64,000 nt of DNA from an uncultured candidatus Porisulfidus sp. Its GTDB lineage: Bacteria; Pseudomonadota; Gammaproteobacteria; Poriferisulfidales; Poriferisulfidaceae. Position numbers and translations under genes: made by a program. Below the pieces are notes generated by a model. It was not told where the DNA came from. It made no database searches and worked only from the letters and a program-made list of their open reading frames with translations. Location: assembly GCA_965242985.1 (NCBI GenBank), contig OZ251520.1, positions 860,492-924,491 on the forward strand, in the 5' to 3' direction. The first letter of the stretch is position 1; each line of letters begins with the position of its first letter. Positions 7,531-20,126 of this stretch are shown piece by piece.

Positions 7531-10500
7531 TGTACAACAGCGCCAGCGACGTTCCGGACCTGACGTTCGAGGCGCGCAACACCGACGACGACACGGTCGG
7601 CCTGGTGCTGTCGAAGACCTCGGTGATGACCAGCGAGAACACCGCGGACCAAACCGTGAACCGGGACACGTTCACGGTGAAGCTGGGGTCGCAGCCGACG
7701 GCGGACGTGACCGTCGCCCTCATGAGCAGCGACACGGGCGAGGCGACGGTGAGCCCGTCGAGCCTGACGTTCACCATGACGACCTGGGACGCCGCGCAGA
7801 CGGTGACGGTGACCGGCGTGGACGACGCTTTGACGGACACCCCGCAGAACTACACGATCACGCTGAATCCGGCGAGCACGGGCGATACCGCCTACAACGC
7901 CTTGATGAACGTGACGGTGTCGGGGACGAACGCGGACGACGAGGCGCCGACGGCGTCGCTGACGCTGTCGAGCAGCGCGATCGCGGAGAACGGCGGCACG
8001 GCGACGGTGTCGGCGTCGCTGGACAGCGCGTCGACGGCGGCGACCACGGTGACGGTGCAGGCGGCGGCGGGCCTGTACACGGTGGTCGGGGGGAACACGA
8101 TCACGATCGCGGCGAGCGCGACGACCAGCGCGGACCGGGTGACGATCCGGGCGGTGGACGACCGGATCGAGAACAATCCGGCGCGGACGGGGCAGGTGAC
8201 GGCGTCGGTGAGCAACCCTTCGGCGCTGGGGGTGTCGAGCGCCACGGCGACGGCGGCGCTGACGCTGACGGACGACGACATGGCGGGGCTGGCGCTGACG
8301 GGGCTGCAGGCGGCGGACCCGAAAGCGACGCTGGCGGAGAACGGGACGGCGGTGTTCCGGGTGGCGCTGGCGAGCGCGCCGACGGCGGACGTGACGGTGG
8401 CGGCGTCGAGCAGTCCTTCCAGCGCGTGCTTGGTGTCGAAGGCGGGCGACGCGGCGCCGTCGGCGTCGACGACGCTGACGTTCACGTCCGGGAACTGGAG
8501 CGCGGCGCAGGCGGTGACGCTGACCGGCGTGCGCGACAATCTGGCGGCCGGCGGACGGGACTGCGCGGTCACGCTGGCGACGGCGAGCGCCGGCGCGGGC
8601 GGCGATGCGGTGTACCACAGCAACACCGAGGTGCCGGACCAGTCGTTCATGGCGCGGGTCACCGAGGTCGACGCGGTGGGCCTGGCGCTGTCGAAGACGT
8701 CGGTGGCGACCAGCGAGGACGGGACGTCGGACTCGTTCACGGTGGCGCTGCGGACGATCCCGTCGGACGACGTGACGGTGGCGCTCGCGGTCACGGGCGC
8801 CGCGGACGAGGTGATGCTGAGCGCGTCGAGCCTGACGTTCACCGCGACGACCTGGAACGCCGCGCAGACGGTGACGGCGACGGGGCAGGACGACGACGAC
8901 CTGGACCGGGCGCAGAACTATCAGATCGGCTTGTCGACGACCAGCAACGACGGGGATTACAGCGGCCTGACGGCGACGGTGTCGGGGACGAACCAGGACA
9001 ACGAGGCGCCGACGGTGACGCTGGAGCTGTCGCCGGCGTCGGTGGCGGAGGGTGGAACGGCGACGGTGACGGCGAGCTTGGATCGGGCGGTGGAGACGGC
9101 CACGGTGATCACGGTGTCGGCGGCGGCGGGGCCGGGCGCGGCGGGGTCGTTCCGGCTGAGTTCGAACCGGACGCTGACGGTGCCGGCGAATTCGCGCGCC
9201 AGCGAGGGCGAGGTGACCATCGCCGCGGTGGACGACGCGGTCGACGCGCCGGACAAGACGGTGCGGGTGCGGGGCGAGGTCGGCGCGAACGACTTGGGGA
9301 CGCTGGATCCGGCGCCGGTGACGCTGACGATCCGAGGACGACGAGGCGGCGCCGGAGGTGTCGCTGGCGCCGGCGTCGGCGGAGATCTGGGAGAGCGGGG
9401 CGGGGAGCCGGACCGACGGTGTCGGCGCGGCTGAGCCATCCGTCGAGCGCGGAGACGCGGATCACGGTGCGGTCGCTGCCGGGGGTGTACCGGGTGGTGG
9501 GGCTCGCCCCGGTTTCGGCGTCGCGGACGAGCGGCGCGGGCCGGTCGGCCGCGCTTGGAGACGAGGCAGACGGAAGGGGAAGCGGTGATCGTGATTCCGG
9601 CGCTGCGGACGACCAGCGACGACCGGGTGATCATCGAGGCGTTGGACGTGGCCGGCGCGGGGGCGGATCAAGAGGTCGAGATCCGGGCCACGGCGATCAA
9701 CAGCCAGGGCGTGGCGGCGCGGGCGCTCACGGCGGCGCTGACGGTGCTGGACGACGAGACGGCGTCGGCGTCGCTGGTGCTGGCGCCGGCGCGGGTGTCG
9801 GAGGGCGGGACGGCGCGGGTGTCGGCGGAGCTGCGCCGGGCGGTGGGGGCGGCGGTGACCGTGACCATCTCGGCGGCGCCGGGAGAAAACGCCACGGCAG
9901 AGGATTTCAGTTTGGGTTCGGAGCGGGTGCTGACGATCCCGGCGGGGCAGACGATCCAGCACGGGTTCGGCGTCGATCGCGACGCGGGACGACGAGACGG
10001 ACGCGCCGGACCGGACGGTGGCGGTGTCGGCGACGGCGGAGTCGTCGGCGGCGACGCGGACGCCGCAGCCGGCGCATGCTGACGATCGCGGACGACGACG
10101 AGACGCCGCAGGCCGCGTTGATCTTGATGCCGGCGGTGATCGGGCAGCGCGAGCCGAATAACGAGTCGACGGTGACGGCGACGCTGGAGCGGCCGTCGAG
10201 CGAGGCGACGACGATCACGGTGTCGGCGACGGGGACCGGCTTCGAGCAGCGCGGGACGACGCTGACGGTGGCGGCGGGGGCGACGACGAGCGCGGGCACG
10301 GTGAGGCTGATTGCGGAAAACGCCGGGGATCAGGCGCCGGACCGGGAGGTGATCGTGTCGGGGCGGGCGGCGAACGCGCACGCGATCGTGCAGCCGGCGG
10401 ACGCGACGCTGACCATCCGCAGCGGCGCCGGCTCGGAAGTGACGGAAGTGCTGCTGCCGGAGGCGGCGCGGGCGATGGCGGACAGCCGGGCGAGCGCGGT

Positions 10501-11767
10501 GCGGCGGCGGCTGGAAAGCGCGGACGCGGCGGCGGCGTCGGAACTGCCGGCGCTGACGGAGCTGCTGGCGAAGCACGGCCCGTCGGTTCAGGACGACTCG
10601 CTGGACTGGAAGAAGACGCTGGCGGGATCGTCGTTCACGCTGCCGCTGAACGCGGCCGGCGGCGATGCCGGCGGCGGCGGCATCACCGTCTGGGGGAGCG
10701 GGGACTACCGCGACCTGGACGGCGAGGCGCGCGGCGTGAAGTGGGACGGCGACGTGGTCAGCGCGCATCTCGGTCTGGACCGGAAACTGGCGAACGGCCT
10801 GCGGGTCGGCCTGGCGGCGTCGTGGTCGGAGGCGAAGTTCGACTACGACCACCGCGGCCTGACGGGCGAGTGGGAGCTGGAGATGGGCAGCGCGCAGCCG
10901 TACCTGGGCTGGACCACGCCGGGCGGCTTGGAGCTGTGGGCGTCGGCGGGCGCGGGCAGCGGCGAACTGGAGGTGACGGACGGCGGCGCGCGGGACACTT
11001 CGGACGCGGACATGCGGCTGGCGGCGGCCGGGGCGCGGGGGCCGCTGTACGAGACGGCAAGCGGGCTGCGGGTGTCGCTGCGCGGCGAGGCGCTGTATTC
11101 GAGCTTCGAGGTGGACGGCAACGGCGCGCGCATCCCGGGTTACACGGCGGACGTGAGCCGGCTGCGGCTGGCGCTGGAGGCGCGGCGGGACCGCGCGCTG
11201 GCGTCGGGGGCGCGGCTGTCGCCGCGGTTCGAGCTGGGGCTGCGTCACGACGGCGGCGACGGCGAGACCGGCGCGGGAGTGGAGCTGGGCGGCGGCGCGG
11301 AGTACGCGTCGGGCCGGCTGTCGGCGTCGGGCGGGGCGCGGGCGCTGGTGGCGAATTCGGACTACGACGAGTGGGGCGCGGACTTGGCGCTGGCGTACGC
11401 GCCGGGCGCGGACGGGCGGGGCTTCTCGTTCCGGCTGGCGCCGTCGTGGGGCGCGGCGCAGAGCGGCGGGCAGAAATTGTGGGAGCAGGGCGCGCCGGGG
11501 TTGAACGGCGCGGCCGAGGAGCCCGATGCAAGCGCGCGCCTGGAGGCGGAGTTGGGCTACGGGCTGAAGTCGCCGTGGAGCCGCGGGCTGCTGACGCTGA
11601 CGCTGGGCGGCGAGGCGGGCGAGGACGTGGGCGCGGCCTGCCGCCTGAAGGGCGCGGTGGCGCTGGACGCGACGGCGACGCTGGGTCTGGAGCTGGAAGT
11701 GCGCGATCCGCCGTCGGGCGGCGCCGAGCGCAGCCTGATGCTGACCGGCGAACTGCGCTTCTAGGCC

Positions 11768-11800
11768 CGCGCCGCTGTTCAGTGGCGGCTTCATGCTTTT
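11768..11800 (+). terminator. Putative intrinsic terminator after autotransporter gene 1
   Basis: gccgc-tgttcagtg-gcggc hairpin followed by ttcatgcttttt. Confidence 0.4.
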
Positions 11801-11967
11801 TGACCGCCCGCGCGACCGGACGCCGCGGCTGAATCCCGCCGGAAACCGGCCCGTTCGGGCCGATTCCGCGCCGGAGGAGCGCGGCCTGCCGGGGGCGATT
11901 CCAAGCCGTGTTATACTCTGACCCAGACCGCGCCGCCGGCGCGCCGGAAGATCAGGAGGGAATCCCC

Positions 11968-12573
11968 ATGGCCTCGACCGACTGGAGCCTGAAAGGCAAC
12001 TACTTCGAATCCTGCACCTGCGAACTCATCTGCCCCTGCATCTGCCTGCGTCCGCCGACTCCCGGCACCTGCACCGCGCTGCTCGGTTGGCACGTCGACG
12101 AGGGCCATCTGGACGGCACCCGGGTCGACGGCCTCAACGTCTCCATGTTCCTGCAGGCTCCCGGCCTGCTCACCGAAGGCAACTTCAAGGTCAGCGTCTA
12201 TGTCGACGAGCGCGCCGACGAGGCGCAGTACCAAGCGCTGTCGGAGCTCTACCAGGGCCAGCACGGCGGACACTTGGGCGTGGTCGCCAGCTTGGTCGGC
12301 GAAGTGGTGAGCGTCAAGCAGATGCCCATCGAATATTCCGTCGACGGCAAGGTGCGCAGCCTCAAGGTCGGCGACATCGCCAGCAGCCAGGTCACCGAGA
12401 TCGAGGGCGGCGACGGCGGCCCGGTGACGGTCAGCAATCCGCCGCTGGCCATCGCCCCCGGACACGACATCACCATCAGCACCACCGATCACGTGCGCTA
12501 CAACGACAACGGCATCCAGCACGAGCATCAGGGGACGGTCAGCTTGGCCTCCGCGTTCACCTATGCGCCCTGA
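11968..12573 (+). CDS. DUF1326 family protein
   Basis: MASTDWSLKGNYFESCTCELICPCI... is the characteristic DUF1326 N-terminus. Good RBS (aggagg) 7 nt upstream of the ATG. The ORF track starts 20 codons earlier. Confidence 0.65.
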   Translation: MASTDWSLKGNYFESCTCELICPCICLRPPTPGTCTALLGWHVDEGHLDGTRVDGLNVSMFLQAPGLLTEGNFKVSVYVDERADEAQYQALSELYQGQHGGHLGVVASLVGEVVSVKQMPIEYSVDGKVRSLKVGDIASSQVTEIEGGDGGPVTVSNPPLAIAPGHDITISTTDHVRYNDNGIQHEHQGTVSLASAFTYAP

Positions 12574-12625
12574 GCCGTCCGCCGCCGCGCACCCGCATAC
12601 CAATAACAATAAAATCTCTCTGCAA

Positions 12626-12655
12626 CTAAGGGTGCCGCAAGGCACCCTTGCTTTT
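12626..12655 (+). terminator. Rho-independent terminator
   Basis: aagggtgcc-gcaa-ggcaccctt followed by gctttt. Confidence 0.65.
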
Positions 12656-12663
12656 ATCTAGGC

Positions 12664-13281
12664 ATGGCCGCACCGCGTCCGTCTCCGGCGGCGGCGGCGG
12701 CCGGGCATCACCTGTTCACCCGCAACCCGCTGCGGCCGCCGTACCCGGCGCAGCTGCGCACGGCCGAGTTCGCGCTCGGCTGCTTCTGGGGCGCGGAGCA
12801 GCGCTTCTGGCAGCTGCCCGGGGTCTGGACCACCGCGGCCGGCTACGCCGCGGGCTCCGCGCCGGAGCCGAGCTACGAGGAGGTGTGCGCCGGGCAGACC
12901 GGGCACGCGGAGGCGGTGCGCGTGGTGTACGACCCCGGGCGGCTCGACTACGCGCAGCTGCTGGCCTGCTTCTGGGAGGGGCACGACCCGACCCAGGGCA
13001 TGCGCCAGGGCAACGACATCGGGACGCAGTACCGCTCCGGCCTGTACTGGGCGGACGCGGAGCAGGAGCGGCTGGCGCGGCGCAGCCGGGAGCTGTACCA
13101 GGCGGCGCTGGCGCGCGCCGGGCGCGGCGACATCACCACCGAAATGGCGCCCGCGGGGCCGTTCTGGTTCGCCGAGGACCTGCACCAGCAGTACCTCGGC
13201 CGGAACCCCGGCGGCTACTGCGGCCACGGCGGCTGCGGCGTGGCGTTCCCGCTGGCGGCGCTGCGCCGGGAAGCGGCGTGA
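12664..13281 (+). CDS. msrA: Peptide methionine sulfoxide reductase A
   Basis: GCFWGAE active-site motif and overall MsrA fold signature. Confidence 0.85.
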   Translation: MAAPRPSPAAAAAGHHLFTRNPLRPPYPAQLRTAEFALGCFWGAEQRFWQLPGVWTTAAGYAAGSAPEPSYEEVCAGQTGHAEAVRVVYDPGRLDYAQLLACFWEGHDPTQGMRQGNDIGTQYRSGLYWADAEQERLARRSRELYQAALARAGRGDITTEMAPAGPFWFAEDLHQQYLGRNPGGYCGHGGCGVAFPLAALRREAA

Positions 13282-13655
13282 GCCGCCGCCGCGTCCGGCC
13301 GGCGGCGCTGGGGCTGGCGCTGCTGGGGCTCGGCGCCGCCGCCGACCTCCCGGCGCGCGACGCCGGCGGCGCCTACAAGGCGCGCGGCTTGGGGCTGGAC
13401 ACCTGCGTCAGCTTCCGCGACACCCCGGAGCCGGAGCGCGGCCCGTACTTCGGCTGGCTGGCGGGCTACCTCACCGCCTACAACTACCTGGTGCGCGACA
13501 CCTACAGCATCGCCGAGTACTCCAGCCTGGCCCGCACCAACGACTGGCTCGAGGGCTACTGCCGCGAACACCCGGAGCGGATGCTGCACGAGGCGGCGCG
13601 GCAGTTCGTCACCGAGCGCTACCGGATCCGCCTCAAGCGCGGCCCGGCGCGCTGA
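13278..13655 (+). CDS. Small secreted hypothetical protein
   Basis: GTG start overlapping the msrA stop (GTGA). Signal-peptide-like N-terminus [22 protein letters not shown] followed by a ~100-aa soluble domain. Frame is the 3' part of ORF 12648..13655. Confidence 0.4.
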   Translation: MSRRRVRPAALGLALLGLGAAADLPARDAGGAYKARGLGLDTCVSFRDTPEPERGPYFGWLAGYLTAYNYLVRDTYSIAEYSSLARTNDWLEGYCREHPERMLHEAARQFVTERYRIRLKRGPAR

Positions 13656-13718
13656 CGCCGTGCTACGATTCCGGGACGATGCGCGCGCGCCCGTCCCCGT
13701 CCGCTGCCGGATTCCCCC

Positions 13719-14527
13719 ATGCCTAAGGTCGCCGCCGTGCAGATGGCCTCCGGGCCGAACTTCGACGCCAACCTGCTGGAGGCGGAGCGCCTGCTCGAGC
13801 AGGCCGCCGCGGCCGGCGCGCAGCTGGCGGTGCTGCCCGAGAACTTCGCCCTGATGGGCATGCAGGACCGCGACGTGCTGGACTACCGCGAGGACGACGG
13901 CGCGGGGCCGATCCAGCGCTTCATCGCCGAGCGCTGCCGCCGCCACCGGCTGTGGATCGTCGCCGGCACCATCCCGCTGCGCTGCGAGGACCCCGAGCGC
14001 CTGGCCGCCGCCTGCATGCTGTACGACGACCGCGGCGAGCGCGTCGCGCGCTACGACAAGATCCACCTGTTCGACGTCACCCTGGTCGGCAGCGGCGAGA
14101 GCTACAACGAATCCGCCACCGTGCGCCCGGGCCGCGAGGCGGTGGTGGCCGAGACGCCGTTCGGGCGGCTGGGGCTCGCGGTGTGCTACGACCTGCGCTT
14201 CCCGGAGCTGTTCCGGGCGCTGCTCGACCAGGGCGCGGAATTGCTGGCGCTGCCGGCGGCGTTCACCGCGGTGACCGGCAAGGCGCACTGGGAGAGCCTG
14301 CTGCGGGCGCGGGCGATCGAGAACCTCGCGCACCTGGTGGCCAGCGCCCAGGGCGGCTACCACCTGAACGGCCGCGAGACCCACGGCCACTCGATGATCC
14401 TCGACCCCTGGGGGCGCGTCCTGGGCCGGCGCGCGCACGGCGCCGGCGTGGTGACGGCGGAGCTGAGCCGCGCCGACCAGCAGCGGCTGCGCCGGACCTT
14501 TCCCTGCATTGAGAACCGGAAGCTGAC

Positions 14528-14546
<19 letters not shown>
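13719..14546 (+). CDS. Carbon-nitrogen hydrolase family protein (Nit/omega-amidase-like)
   Basis: AAVQMASGPNFDANL..., LPENF, CYDLRFPELFRAL motifs (E-K-C triad context). Conserved position upstream of tldD. Confidence 0.8.
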
Positions 14547-15977
<1,431 letters not shown>

Positions 15978-15988
<11 letters not shown>

Positions 15989-17315
15989 GGCGGCGCCGGC
16001 GCAGCGCCTCGAGGCGTGCGCGGCGCAGGCGCTGGAGGCGGCGCGCGCGGCGGGCGCCGACGCCGCCAAGGTGGCGCTCAACCAGGGCCAGGGCCGCGTG
16101 GTCGGGGTGCGCCTGGGGGAGCTGGAGACGATCGAGCACGAGCGCGAGCAGCAGTTCTCGGTGCGCGCCTACTGCGGCCGGCGCAGCGGCGCCGCCGGCA
16201 GCACCGACCTGACCCCGGAGGCGGTGGCGCGCACGGTGGCGGCGGCCTGCGCCATCGCCCGGCAGACCGAGGAGGACCCCGCGCAGGGCCTGCCGGAGCG
16301 GGACTGGCTGGCGTTCGACTACCCCGACCTGGAGCTGGAGCACCCCTGGGAGCTGGAGCCCGAAGCGGCGACCGGCCTCGCCCTCGAATGCGAGGACGCG
16401 GCGCGCGCGGACGCGCGCATCGCCAACTCCGAGGGCGCGCGCCTGACGACTTGGAGCGGCGTGCACATGGTCGCCAACAGCCTGGGCTTCCTCGGCCGCT
16501 GCCGGCGCAGCCAGCACAGCCTCAGTTGCTGCGTGGTGGCCGCCGGCGACGGCGCCCAGGAGCGCGACCACTGGTGGAGCGCGGCCTGCGACTGGCGCCG
16601 GCTGGAGGAGCCGGCCGCCGTCGGCCGCGCCGCCGCGGCGCGCGCCGCGCGCCGGCTGGGCGCCCGGCCGCTGAAGAGCCGCGCCGCGCCGGTGCTGTTC
16701 GAGGCGCCGCTGGCGTGCTCGCTGCTGGGGCACTTCGCCCACGCCGCCTCCGGCCCCGCGCTGTACCGCCAGGCTTCGTTCCTGCTCGGGCGCATGGACC
16801 AGCCGCTGTGGCCGCCGGGCTTCCGCCTGGTCGAGCGCCCGCTGGAGGCGGGCGGCGCCGCCAGCGCGCCGTTCGACGCCGACGGCGTGCGCACCCGGGA
16901 GCGGGCGGTGGTGGAGGACGGGGTGCTGCGGGGCTGGTTCCTCGGCACCTACGCGGCGCGCCGCCTGGGGCTCGAGCCGACCGGCAACGCCGGCGGCGTG
17001 CGCAACCTGATGCTGGAGACGGACGGCGAAGAGCTGCCGCCGGAGGAGCTGCTGCCGCGGCTCGGCCGCGGGCTGTGGGTGACCGAACTGCTGGGGCAGG
17101 GCGTCAACCCGGTCACCGGCGACTACTCCCGCGGCGCGGCCGGCTTCTGGGTCGAGAACGGCGAGATCGCGCACCCGGTGCACGAGATCACCATCGCCGG
17201 CTCCCTGCCGGACATGTACCGCGGCATCGCCGCGGTGGGCGCGGACCGCGACCGCCGCGGCAGCATGCAGTCCGGCTCGCTGCTGATCGAGCGCATGCAG
17301 ATCGCCGGCGCCTGA
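15978..17315 (+). CDS. pmbA: Metalloprotease PmbA/TldE
   Basis: Similarity to PmbA (SVRAYCGRRSGAAGSTDLTPEAVARTV...). Confidence 0.8.
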
Positions 17316-17384
17316 GCCCCGCGGCCCCGGGAACCGGGCCCGCAACGAGTTTTCCGGCTTTTTGGAAGCCGCGCATGGGGAAAT

Positions 17385-17500
17385 TAATTTCTCAAGCAAG
17401 AATTTATACGTAACATACGGATATCCATTAATATCCAGCAATTCCCCAGGGTGAAATCCAGCAATTCCGCAGGACAAAATCCAGCAATTCCGCAGGCTGC
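17385..17500. repeat. AT-rich intergenic element: 12-bp palindrome gaaattaatttc plus three 23-bp direct repeats of (a/t)aatccagcaattcc(g/c)cagg
   Basis: Read directly: ...atatccagcaattccccagggtgaaatccagcaattccgcaggacaaaatccagcaattccgcaggc... ~35% GC in a ~70% GC genome. Confidence 0.6.
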
Positions 17501-17607
17501 GGCAGCGGGGCTTGGAGGCCGCGTCCGCCGCTTGTCCGCTGGAACCGCCTGCGGATTTGAGCAAGCAGGCTCCCCGGCCGCGTCCGCGCCGCGGGCGCGG
17601 GCCGGCC

Positions 17608-18300
17608 TCAGCGCGCCGCCGCGCGCTCGTAGCGCGCCAGTTCCAGCCGCACCCGCTCGGCGCCGTCCTCGTAGCGCACGGTGCGCACCATCCACTGCCC
17701 GCGCGCGGGGTCGTGCCAGGTCAGGATGCGGCTGCCGCGCGCGTCGCCGCGCGTCCGCTCGAGCCGCCACGCCTCGAGCTCCTCGCCGGCCGCCTCGATG
17801 CGCTCCAGCGCCGGCGGGGAGAAGCGGTACACGCGCAGTTTCCCGCGCGACAGCACGCTGTAGTTGGGCGGCGTGCGCGGCAGGTCGCGCATCAGCCGCA
17901 GCGCCAGCGCCGCCGGGTCGAGCTGGCCCGCGCGCAGCGGCAGCGTCTCCGCGCCGCCGGGGCGCTCCACCCGCACCTGGGCGTTCGGCCAGTCGTAGAC
18001 GTAGCGGTACTCGCGGCCGCGGCCGGCGTCGCGGTAGAAGTACTCCAGCGGCCGCAGGTCGCCGCGGCGCACCGCGCCGCGCTCGGTGATCGCGCCGCGC
18101 CCGAAGCGCCGCGCCAGCCAGCTCGGGGCGGCCGCCGCCTCGTAGTCGATGCGCGCCGCGCCGCGGGCGACCGTCACCGTCACCTCGCCCGCGGCCATGC
18201 CGCGGTAGTACAGGTCGTAGACGGCGCGGGTGACGTCGGCCGCGGCCGGCGCCGGCAGCAGCGCCGCGGCCAGCGCGAGGCTAGAAGCGGTCCTCGGCAT
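17608..18300 (-). CDS. DUF3108 domain protein (periplasmic, signal peptide)
   Basis: Signal peptide MPRTASSLALAAALLPAPAAA and DUF3108-like beta-rich body. Conserved position downstream of purN. Confidence 0.6.
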   Translation of the reverse strand: MPRTASSLALAAALLPAPAAADVTRAVYDLYYRGMAAGEVTVTVARGAARIDYEAAAAPSWLARRFGRGAITERGAVRRGDLRPLEYFYRDAGRGREYRYVYDWPNAQVRVERPGGAETLPLRAGQLDPAALALRLMRDLPRTPPNYSVLSRGKLRVYRFSPPALERIEAAGEELEAWRLERTRGDARGSRILTWHDPARGQWMVRTVRYEDGAERVRLELARYERAAAR

Positions 18301-18928
18301 AGCGGTAGAACACCGGCTCGTCCAGCCGTTCGCCGTGCAGCCAGGCGGCGCCGTCGGCCATGCGCAGGGCGCCGATGCAGAACCACTCCACCGCCAGCGG
18401 GAAGATCTGGTGCTCCAGGCTCCGCACCCGCTCCTGCAGCCCGGCCTCGGTGGCGTCGCCGTCCCGCACCCGCAGCGAGGCCTGGATCACGCGCGGGCCC
18501 TCGTCCAGCGCGGCGGTGGCGAAGTGCACGGTCGGGCCGTGCTCCGGCTCGCCGGCCGCCAGCACCCGGCGGTGCGTGTGCTCGCCGGGGTAGGCCGGCA
18601 GCAGCGAGGGGTGGACGTTGAGGATGTGCCCGGCGCGGGCGTCGATGAACTCGGCGGTCAGCACGCGCATGTAGCCGGCCAGGCACACCAGCTCGATGTC
18701 GCGCCGGTCCAGGTACTCGGCCATGGCCCGGTCGCGCGCGGCGCGGTCCGGCTCCTCCACCGCGTGCGTCTCGATCCCGGCCGCCTGGGCGCGCTCCAGC
18801 GCGCGCGCGTCGGCGTGGTTGCTGAGCACGCAGACGATGCGGCCGCGGATGCGCCCGGCCTGGGTGGCATCGATCAGCGCCTGCAGGTTGCTGCCGTTGC
18901 CGGAGGCGAGCACCGCGATGGCGGTCAT
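18281..18928 (-). CDS. purN: Phosphoribosylglycinamide formyltransferase
   Basis: MTAIAVLASGNGSNLQALIDA... and HPSLLP motif. It is the C-terminal part of the artificially long ORF 18281..19768. Confidence 0.85.
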   Translation of the reverse strand: MTAIAVLASGNGSNLQALIDATQAGRIRGRIVCVLSNHADARALERAQAAGIETHAVEEPDRAARDRAMAEYLDRRDIELVCLAGYMRVLTAEFIDARAGHILNVHPSLLPAYPGEHTHRRVLAAGEPEHGPTVHFATAALDEGPRVIQASLRVRDGDATEAGLQERVRSLEHQIFPLAVEWFCIGALRMADGAAWLHGERLDEPVFYRYAEDRF

Positions 18929-19956
18929 GGCCGCGCCTCCGCGTACACCACCTCCGCGGGCCCCGCGCCCGGGACCACCTCGCCGATGACGCGCGCCGGC
19001 ATCCCGGCCGCGGTCAGTTCCGCCGCGAGCGGCTCGGCGTCGCCGGCGCGCGCCGCCGCCACCATGCCGATGCCGCAGTTGAACACGCGGCGCATCTCTT
19101 CCTCGCCGACCCGGCCGCGCTCGGCCAGCCAGTCGAAGAGCGCCGGACGTTCCCAGCTCGCGGGATCGATCGCCGCCCGCACCCCGTCCGGCAGCATGCG
19201 CGGGACGTTGCCGTCGAGGCCGCCGCCGGTGATGTGGGCGAGCGCCAGCACCCGCCCGGAATTGATGACTTTCATCAGGTATGGGACGTAAATGGTTGTG
19301 GGGACAAGAAGTTTCTCGATGATTTCCGGGTCGGGCTCCGGCAGGCCGTCGAGGATGTCGTGGACCAGCGAGTAGCCGTTGGCGTGCGCGCCGGAGGAAT
19401 CCAGCCCCAGCAGCAGGTCGCCGGCGGCGACCGGCTTCGGCAGCAGGCGCGCGCGCTCGGCCGCGCCGACGCAGAAGCCCGCCAGGTCGTAGTCGCCGGC
19501 GGCGTACAGCCGCGGCATCTCGGCGGTCTCGCCGCCGAGCAGGGCGCAGCCGGCCCGCCGGCAGCCGTCGGCGATGCCGCGCACCACCGCCTCGGCCGCC
19601 GCCACCTCGAGCTTGCCGCAGGCGTAGTAGTCCAGGAACAGCAGCGGGCGGGCGCCGTGGGTCAGGACGTCGTTGGCGCACATCGCCACCAGGTCGATGC
19701 CGATGGCGTCGTGGCGGCCCAGGCGCCGCGCCAGCAGCAGCTTGGTGCCGACGCCGTCGGCGCCGCACACCAGCACCGGCTCCTCGAGGCCGTCCGGCAG
19801 CCGGTACAGGCCGCCGAAGCCGCCGAGGCCGGCCAGCACGCCGGCATCGAAAGTGTCCCGCGCCAGCGGCCCGATGCGCCGCACCAGTTCCGCGCCGGCC
19901 TCGAGGTCGACGCCGGCGGCGCGGTAGCGGGAAGAGGCGGCGGTCGGTTCCGGCAT
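18925..19956 (-). CDS. purM: Phosphoribosylformylglycinamidine cyclo-ligase
   Basis: AGVDLEAG..., GGFGGLY, AIR-synthase-related domains. ATGA overlap with purN. Confidence 0.85.
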   Translation of the reverse strand: MPEPTAASSRYRAAGVDLEAGAELVRRIGPLARDTFDAGVLAGLGGFGGLYRLPDGLEEPVLVCGADGVGTKLLLARRLGRHDAIGIDLVAMCANDVLTHGARPLLFLDYYACGKLEVAAAEAVVRGIADGCRRAGCALLGGETAEMPRLYAAGDYDLAGFCVGAAERARLLPKPVAAGDLLLGLDSSGAHANGYSLVHDILDGLPEPDPEIIEKLLVPTTIYVPYLMKVINSGRVLALAHITGGGLDGNVPRMLPDGVRAAIDPASWERPALFDWLAERGRVGEEEMRRVFNCGIGMVAAARAGDAEPLAAELTAAGMPARVIGEVVPGAGPAEVVYAEARP

Positions 19957-20126
19957 GGGCGCGGGGGCGGCGGGCGCATTTTAACTGCGGCGCATCGGCC
20001 GGCCCAAGCCGGCGCGAATTATATAGGGCGGCAAGTCTGGTATGCTGAACCGTGCTTGGTCATCGCCGCGTGCGGCGGCCGGGACATCGCGGCGACCGCC
20101 GCCGCAAACTGCCGGGGAGAAGGCAA

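Larger units (their letters stand above)
4746..11764 (+). pseudogene. Giant Calx-beta-repeat autotransporter (paralog of 30455..34837). Disrupted by frameshifts between ~9335 and ~10080, with no ATG at the paralogous start position
   Basis: Frame 0 is open 4653-9434 with ~15 Calx-beta-like repeats (TLTI(L/T)DDD motifs, paired Cys). Homologous sequence then hops through frames 1, 2 and 0 (ORFs 9358-9588, 9555-10082) and ends in frame 2 (10080-11764) with an autotransporter beta-barrel ending ...LTGELRF. Start coordinate 4746 (MKSAV) is tentative. Confidence 0.55.

Noticed and set aside
4905-8618. 1237-aa minus-strand ORF (and similar 5105..7117, 7130..7840, 7892..8842, 9668..11794 minus ORFs) covering autotransporter gene 1
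   Set aside because: Arg/Gly/Pro-rich low-complexity translations with no domain signal. They are antisense shadows of a strongly supported plus-strand gene in ~70% GC DNA.
6956-11764. 1602-aa plus-strand ORF in frame 2
   Set aside because: Only its last ~560 codons (from ~10080) are real coding sequence, the C-terminal repeat plus beta-barrel of gene 1. The upstream 3 kb is an alternative-frame read-through of the frame-0 gene and is Gly/Arg/Asp-rich nonsense.
12648-13655. 335-aa ORF merging the msrA region with the downstream small protein
   Set aside because: msrA is in a different frame (12664..13281). Only the part from the GTG at 13278 is a plausible separate secreted protein.
17430-17500. 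Possible CRISPR array (three 23-bp direct repeats)
   Set aside because: The repeats are contiguous and phased, with only 4-6 bp between units and no unique spacers. No cas genes nearby, and the repeat is too short.
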